Positions 44,001 through 50,112 of a DNA stretch of 64,000 nucleotides are shown here, in pieces (within the stretch, counting starts at the first letter, position 1; the number at the start of each line of letters is the position of its first letter). The stretch is from Lytechinus pictus (taxonomy: Eukaryota): contig NC_087252.1 of the NCBI RefSeq assembly GCF_037042905.1, forward strand, positions 24,926,001-24,990,000, read 5' to 3'. The translations under genes were made by a program, and so were the position numbers. Below the pieces are notes generated by a model. It ran no database searches. It was not told where the DNA came from and saw only the letters and a program-made list of their open reading frames with translations.

Positions 44001-47000
44001 ATAGAGGAGAAGAAGGAGGAGATGGAGGAGGAGGGGGGAGAAGCAAGAAGAAGGAAGCATCAGAATTGGAGTCTTTTTTATTTTATTTTTTGCATTATTC
44101 TATGAACTTTGATATTCATATAACTCTGCCTATAGTAAGTTGAACCTTTTGGGACAGGAGAAATTGGACTTCGAAGTGTTCTGTAACACGTGTTTTTGAT
44201 AATCTGGAGGGTGTTTCACAAAGATTTAAGTACGACTTAGAGTCGCACTTAAATGCAGACGTTTACATGATATGCAACGCGCAATCTTCTTGATTAATAC
44301 GCAGTATTGCTCGTCCTCTTGGCATGATCTGACCAATGCGTTCATGCCTTTTTATACAACATGCAACTAGGCATTTAAGTGCGACTCTAAGTCATACTTA
44401 AATCTTTGTGAAACACCCCCAAGATCTAAAAAGTGCTTTGACTTCGGCAATTATTCGACTTATGAAAGGGCGACTTCTGAAGAGTTACCTGTATATACAT
44501 GTACATTGTAGCTTACTCCAGTGTGAGTTTTCAACCAAAGTTTTTCTTCATTCTATTCATAGCCGACTGCGGAACCAATGACGACAAATTTGTGTGTCAT
44601 ACTCCGCTAGGTCCCTATTGCATCTATCCACAGTACAGGTGTGATGGGATACGGGATTGTTTCTATAGTGAGGATGAAACAGATTGTGGTGAGTATTCCC
44701 TGCTTTTTACTATCCACTTATGAATAATAATATAAATAATATAGGATTTGTATAGTGCAGGTTTCCACCCTGCTAGGTGCTCAAGGCGCTCCTATATTAC
44801 CCCGGCTAAGCTGGTCTACCGATTCCGGTGCGCACAGCTTTTTTGAGGAATTACTTCCTGCCGGTACCCATTTACCTCACCTGGGTTGAGTGCAGCACAA
44901 TGTGGGTAAATTTCTTGCTGAAGGAAAACCCACCATGGCTGGGAATCGAACCCACGTCCCTCAGATTGAAAGATGATAGTCTTAACCATGGAGTGCAGCA
45001 AACAAATATTTAAGTTTTGAAGGTTTCCATGGTGAAGCAGAAGATCGTAGTGGTTTCACAATACACCATGTATTCTTTCGTGGGCATATATTGGTCCTGA
45101 AAAGGACCACCCAAACTTGACTTTTCAAAAAGCGTATTCTTGTCAACTTAAGAAGAATGATCAAAAGATGAAAAAGCAGGCTATATAGACTCATTCATGG
45201 TGCCGAATTGACTGCGGTTTGCTGAAACGTCGAGTTTGGGTGGTCCTTTTCAGGACCAACTTATGCCCACGAAAGAATACATGGTGAACCATCAAACAAA
45301 TATTTTCGATCAATTAAACATTTATGTTCCTATTTTACAATTGATAAATCAATTGAAGCACATTAGTTTACATGCCTTGTAATCAATTACTGATATTGAT
45401 CGCAAGACCTGTGCTTGATTTGGGTTCCCAAAATTAATTTAAAATTGATCATGATTAAATTGTATAAACCACACTTAACTGAGCACCCCCCCCCCCCCTT
45501 CGACCTACTATGATAATTTATTTATCTTTTTCCTTAAAATATGAGGAAAATTTATTCCAGTGTGTTGAGAGTTAGCTGTGTATCAATGCTAAATACTATT
45601 GTGAAAATACAGTTTTCTATTTCCCCAGAATGTGAGGGAAATGAATTCCAGTGCGTAGAGACTAAGCGGTGTATTAATGCTAAATACTCCTGTAAAAAAA
45701 ATATTTTTCTTTTTCCCTAGAATGTTAGGAAAATGAATTCTAGTGCCTTGAGAGTAGCTGTATATCAGTGATTAATACTACTGTTCATTTTTTTTATTAT
45801 TTACACAGAATGTCAGGAAAATGAATTCCAGTGCGTTGAGACTAAGCGGTGTATCAATGCCAAATACTACTGTGATAACTTCCAGGATTGTTCTCTTCCC
45901 GGTATTGAGGATAGATCCGACGAGACGGGCTGCGCCAATTTAAACAACACAGGTATGTATTTTGTTTAAATTTTACAAGGGTATTCCTTACTGAAAATAG
46001 ATGTATCTAATGCTACGGTCACAAATACATGTACTTTACAAACACCATACAACTGATTTTATCCCATTGATTGCTACATGTATGTATAAAAATCATTCGA
46101 ACGGTGTTCGTAAAGGAATTTGTGACCACCATAGCATTAATAGAGTAAAATTCAGTAAGAAAAATGCTGAAAACTCCATCAAAATCTGATTACAAATAAC
46201 AAAGTTATCAAATTTTACAGTTTAGCAATATTTTGTGAAAACAGTTATATGTATGCTGTCATTAATATGCAGTTGGTTGGCTGATGATGTTATGTCCCCA
46301 TTTTCCTTTTTCTTATGTAATTACTTGAAATCATAATTATTTTTATATTTTCATACATGTGTGTATGATATGTTTCCCTTCCACGAAATGATTCGCAGAA
46401 ATGAAAATAAATGTTACTGAAGAATTGTAGCTACCACATGGCTTTGTTGGTACAGAGATGAGGAGGCATTGATTATTATAATTGCTGAATTAAATAGTAT
46501 GACTGCAGCCAATCAGATAGAAGGATTTCGGTAGCTTTTAACTGTTATTGCAAATTTGTTATTATAATAAGTTTTATGAATCAGGGCTCAAGACCGTCAT
46601 CGAGGCTCGTGAGTTTGTATGTAAAGGTCAACTTTTTATGATGATTTTATTCTTTTCAGTGAGCTACAACTTGACCAATCCTATCAACATCACATCACCC
46701 AACTATCCCGGAGACTACCCGAAGAACGATTACACCTTGACGCTTGTCACCGCGCCGGAAGGAATGATGGTACGGGCACGAGTTTTAGATCTCGCCGTCA
46801 GCCACTCCACGTTCATTGTCTTCTTGAACGGCCATGATGCAGAGCCGGGAAATTCCAATTTCATCGCGTCGTTGGAGTTCGGCGACGACGAAACGGAGAT
46901 ACTTTCGGATGGGAATATGATGGCGATTAAATTCTACTCTGGTTTCTATGCGCAAGCACGAGGTTACCTCATAGAGCTTTCATACATGGACGGTAATTAT

Positions 47001-50000
47001 AATGGCCTTATCTGCTTATGATAGCTATTTATTTGCCTGTTCTGTTCTATAGCCAGGAGGGGGGGTGAGACGGTTCAATAATTGCCCCCCACCCCCCTCG
47101 AAATAATTGAAATCGGCATAATTACTGGCAATATGTTATCTACAAAATAGCATAATTTACTTTTAAGAATTTTATGAATTTATTGATAAGGTAATGGCAT
47201 GTAATTGTGCTAATTTATACATAACATGGAACTTTCAGCCTTAAATTTGTGAGATTGTAACCCCCCCCCCCCCTGAAAGATCACGAGACTATTCCAATTC
47301 ATTTTCTGAAAGTATGTGCCGTGAGATGGTTGTGATTTTAAGGAAACAAATAAATTAATTAATAAATGGATGCAAATCTACTTGGTGTTTATATTGAATT
47401 CCTTTTCCTACATGGAACAGGCCGACAATTTCTTGCTATACTCTTTAATTGCCTAAGGATTATACCTATCTATTAACCCTTACTCTACTGGGGGGTCAAT
47501 TTGACCCTTCTATACGAATTTCGTCACTTCGCCGCCGCACAAAATGTTTTGACCGCGCCACTCAGTGACTTTTTACTTTCAAGTCTTTTTGAGACCAAAT
47601 TTGCAAATTTCATGCACTTATTTGCATAATCATTTAATCTAAAAATCTAAACAATTTATTTTTTGAAAATTTTACAATACAGTCTTGTAATCTTGTAGTT
47701 TACATCTGGCTCAACGTGTGTGCAAATTTTCACACCAATCTAAAGGGGGGAGGGTCAAATAATTGACTCCCCCCCAGTATATCCTGGGTCCCGTAACACA
47801 AAGGTTAGCAATTCTACGCTTGATTTTCACGATTTATTGTACATTGTAGTCAATGGAATCAATCATAGAAAAATGTTCTGCGATCATTGCTAAGCTCTGT
47901 CTGAAATGGCCCAGTTGAATAAGGGTTAAATATCCAACTATAAGATTTATAAAGTAAATTCTCAAAGGGTTTTATTTTAGTATAAGTGAGAATGGAGAAG
48001 GACAATGCCCAGTAGTAAAAGGTTGTTTATTGTATAGATTTATTACTTTGATCACTTGATTGACTGATTGACTAATAGTATAGGATATATTTCATTTCAA
48101 GTTCAAGAATTAAATTACAAAACAATGTGAAATATGACATAACATAATGAAATGAAATGGGAAACTTCTGGAAAGCATAGCTATAACAATGAAGGTTCCC
48201 CTAAATAAAATCATATGGCATATTTATACAAATTTCTATAATATTAAAATCATTTTTGTCTCACCTGCGAAGCAGAGTGAGACTATAGGCGCCGCTTCTC
48301 CGACGGCGGCGGCGTCAACACCAAATCTTAACCGAAGGTTAAGTTTTTGAAATGACAGCATAACTTAGAAAGTATATGGACCTAGTTCATGAAACTTGGC
48401 CATAAGGTTAATCAAGTATTACTGAACATCCTGCCTGAGTTTCATGTCACATGACCAAGGTCAAAGGTCATTTAGGGTCAATGAACTTAGACCATGTTGG
48501 GGGAATCAACATCAAAATCTTAACCTAAGGTTAAGTTTTTGAAATGTCATCATAACTTAGAAAATGTATGGACCCAGCTCATGAAACTTGGACATAAGGT
48601 TAATCAAGTATTACTGAACATCCTGTGTGAGTTTCATGTCACATGACCAAGGTCAAAGGTAATTTAGGGTCAATGAACTTTGGCCAAATTGGGGGTATTT
48701 GTTGAATTACTATCATAACTTTAAAAGTTTATGGATCTGATTCATGAAACTTGGACATAAGAGTAATCAAGTATCGATCACTACACATCCTGTGTGAGTT
48801 TCAGGTCACATGATCAAGGTCAAAGGTCATTTAAGGTCAATGAACTTTGGCCAAGTCGGGGGTATTCATTGAATTACCATAATAACTTTGATAGTTTATT
48901 GGTCTATTTCGTACAACTTGGACATTAGAGTAATCAAGTATCACCAAACATCCTGTGAGAGTTTCAGGTCACTTGACCAAGGTCAATAGACTTTGGCTAT
49001 GTTGGGAGTATTTGTAGAATAACCATCATAACTCTGGAAGTGTATGGATCTACATGTAGTTCATAAAACTTGGACATAGAGTAATCAAGTATCATTGAAC
49101 ATTTCATGTGAGTTTCAGGTCACATGACCAAAGTCAAAGGTCATTTAAGGTCATTGAACTTTGGCCATTTTGGAGGTAATTATAAGATTGCTGTCATAAC
49201 TTTCAAAGTTTATAGATTTAGTTCATAAAATGTGGATATAGGGGTAATCAAGTATCACTGACAAGTCTTAGGTTGCATGATCAAGGTCAAAGGTCATTTA
49301 TTGTCAATGAACGTAGTATTGTATCATTATATGAATGGTGTTTTTTGTGAATAATTATTTTATAGTAGTTTTCAAAGTCAGCACTGCTGCTATATTGAAT
49401 TGCGTGATGCAGGTGAGACTGCCAGAGGCGCTCCACTTGTTATCTAACTTCATGCAAAGTGAAATATAAATTTCATTAAAATGATTTTTTTTTTTTTATT
49501 ACAGAGGCGACATGTGCCCCTGATGAGTTTACGTGTGAAGGAGGTGGATGCATTGATTACAGTAATGTGTGCGATCTTTTCCCGCATTGCCCAACTTTTT
49601 CTGATGAAAACAATTGTCAAGTGCCAGCTGGAGGTATGATAAGACTTTTATGGCTCCGCCCACCTGAACCCACCCACCATGGGAGGGTGTGGCAGGCGTT
49701 ATGTTGTTGGGATAATGATGGTGATGATGATGGCGATGATGATGATGGTGGTGGTGGGCATGATGATGATGATGATGATAAGGTGGTGATGATGATGGTG
49801 GTGATGATGATGATGGTGATGATGATGATGCTGATGATGATGATGGTGGTGGTGGGCATGATGATGGTGGTGATAATGATGGTCATCATGATCATGATGA
49901 TGATGGTTGCATGATGATGATAAGGTGGTGATGATGATGGTGATGATGATGGTGATGATGATGATGATGATGATGATGCTGATGATGATGATGGTGGTGG

Positions 50001-50079
50001 TGGGCATGATGGTGGTGATGATGATGATGATGATAATGATGGTCATCATGATCATGATGATTGTGATGATAATGGTTGC

Positions 50080-50112
<33 letters not shown>

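Noticed and set aside
45629..45720. An additional functional LDLa exon
   Set aside because: It has only four Cys, no acidic DE motif and an in-frame TAG; it is treated as a decayed partial duplicate of exon 37.
48359..49310. CRISPR-like array or satellite gene (also at 7335-7430 and 52150-52630)
   Set aside because: Eukaryotic context; whole units are homologous with no unique spacers, and there are no cas genes.
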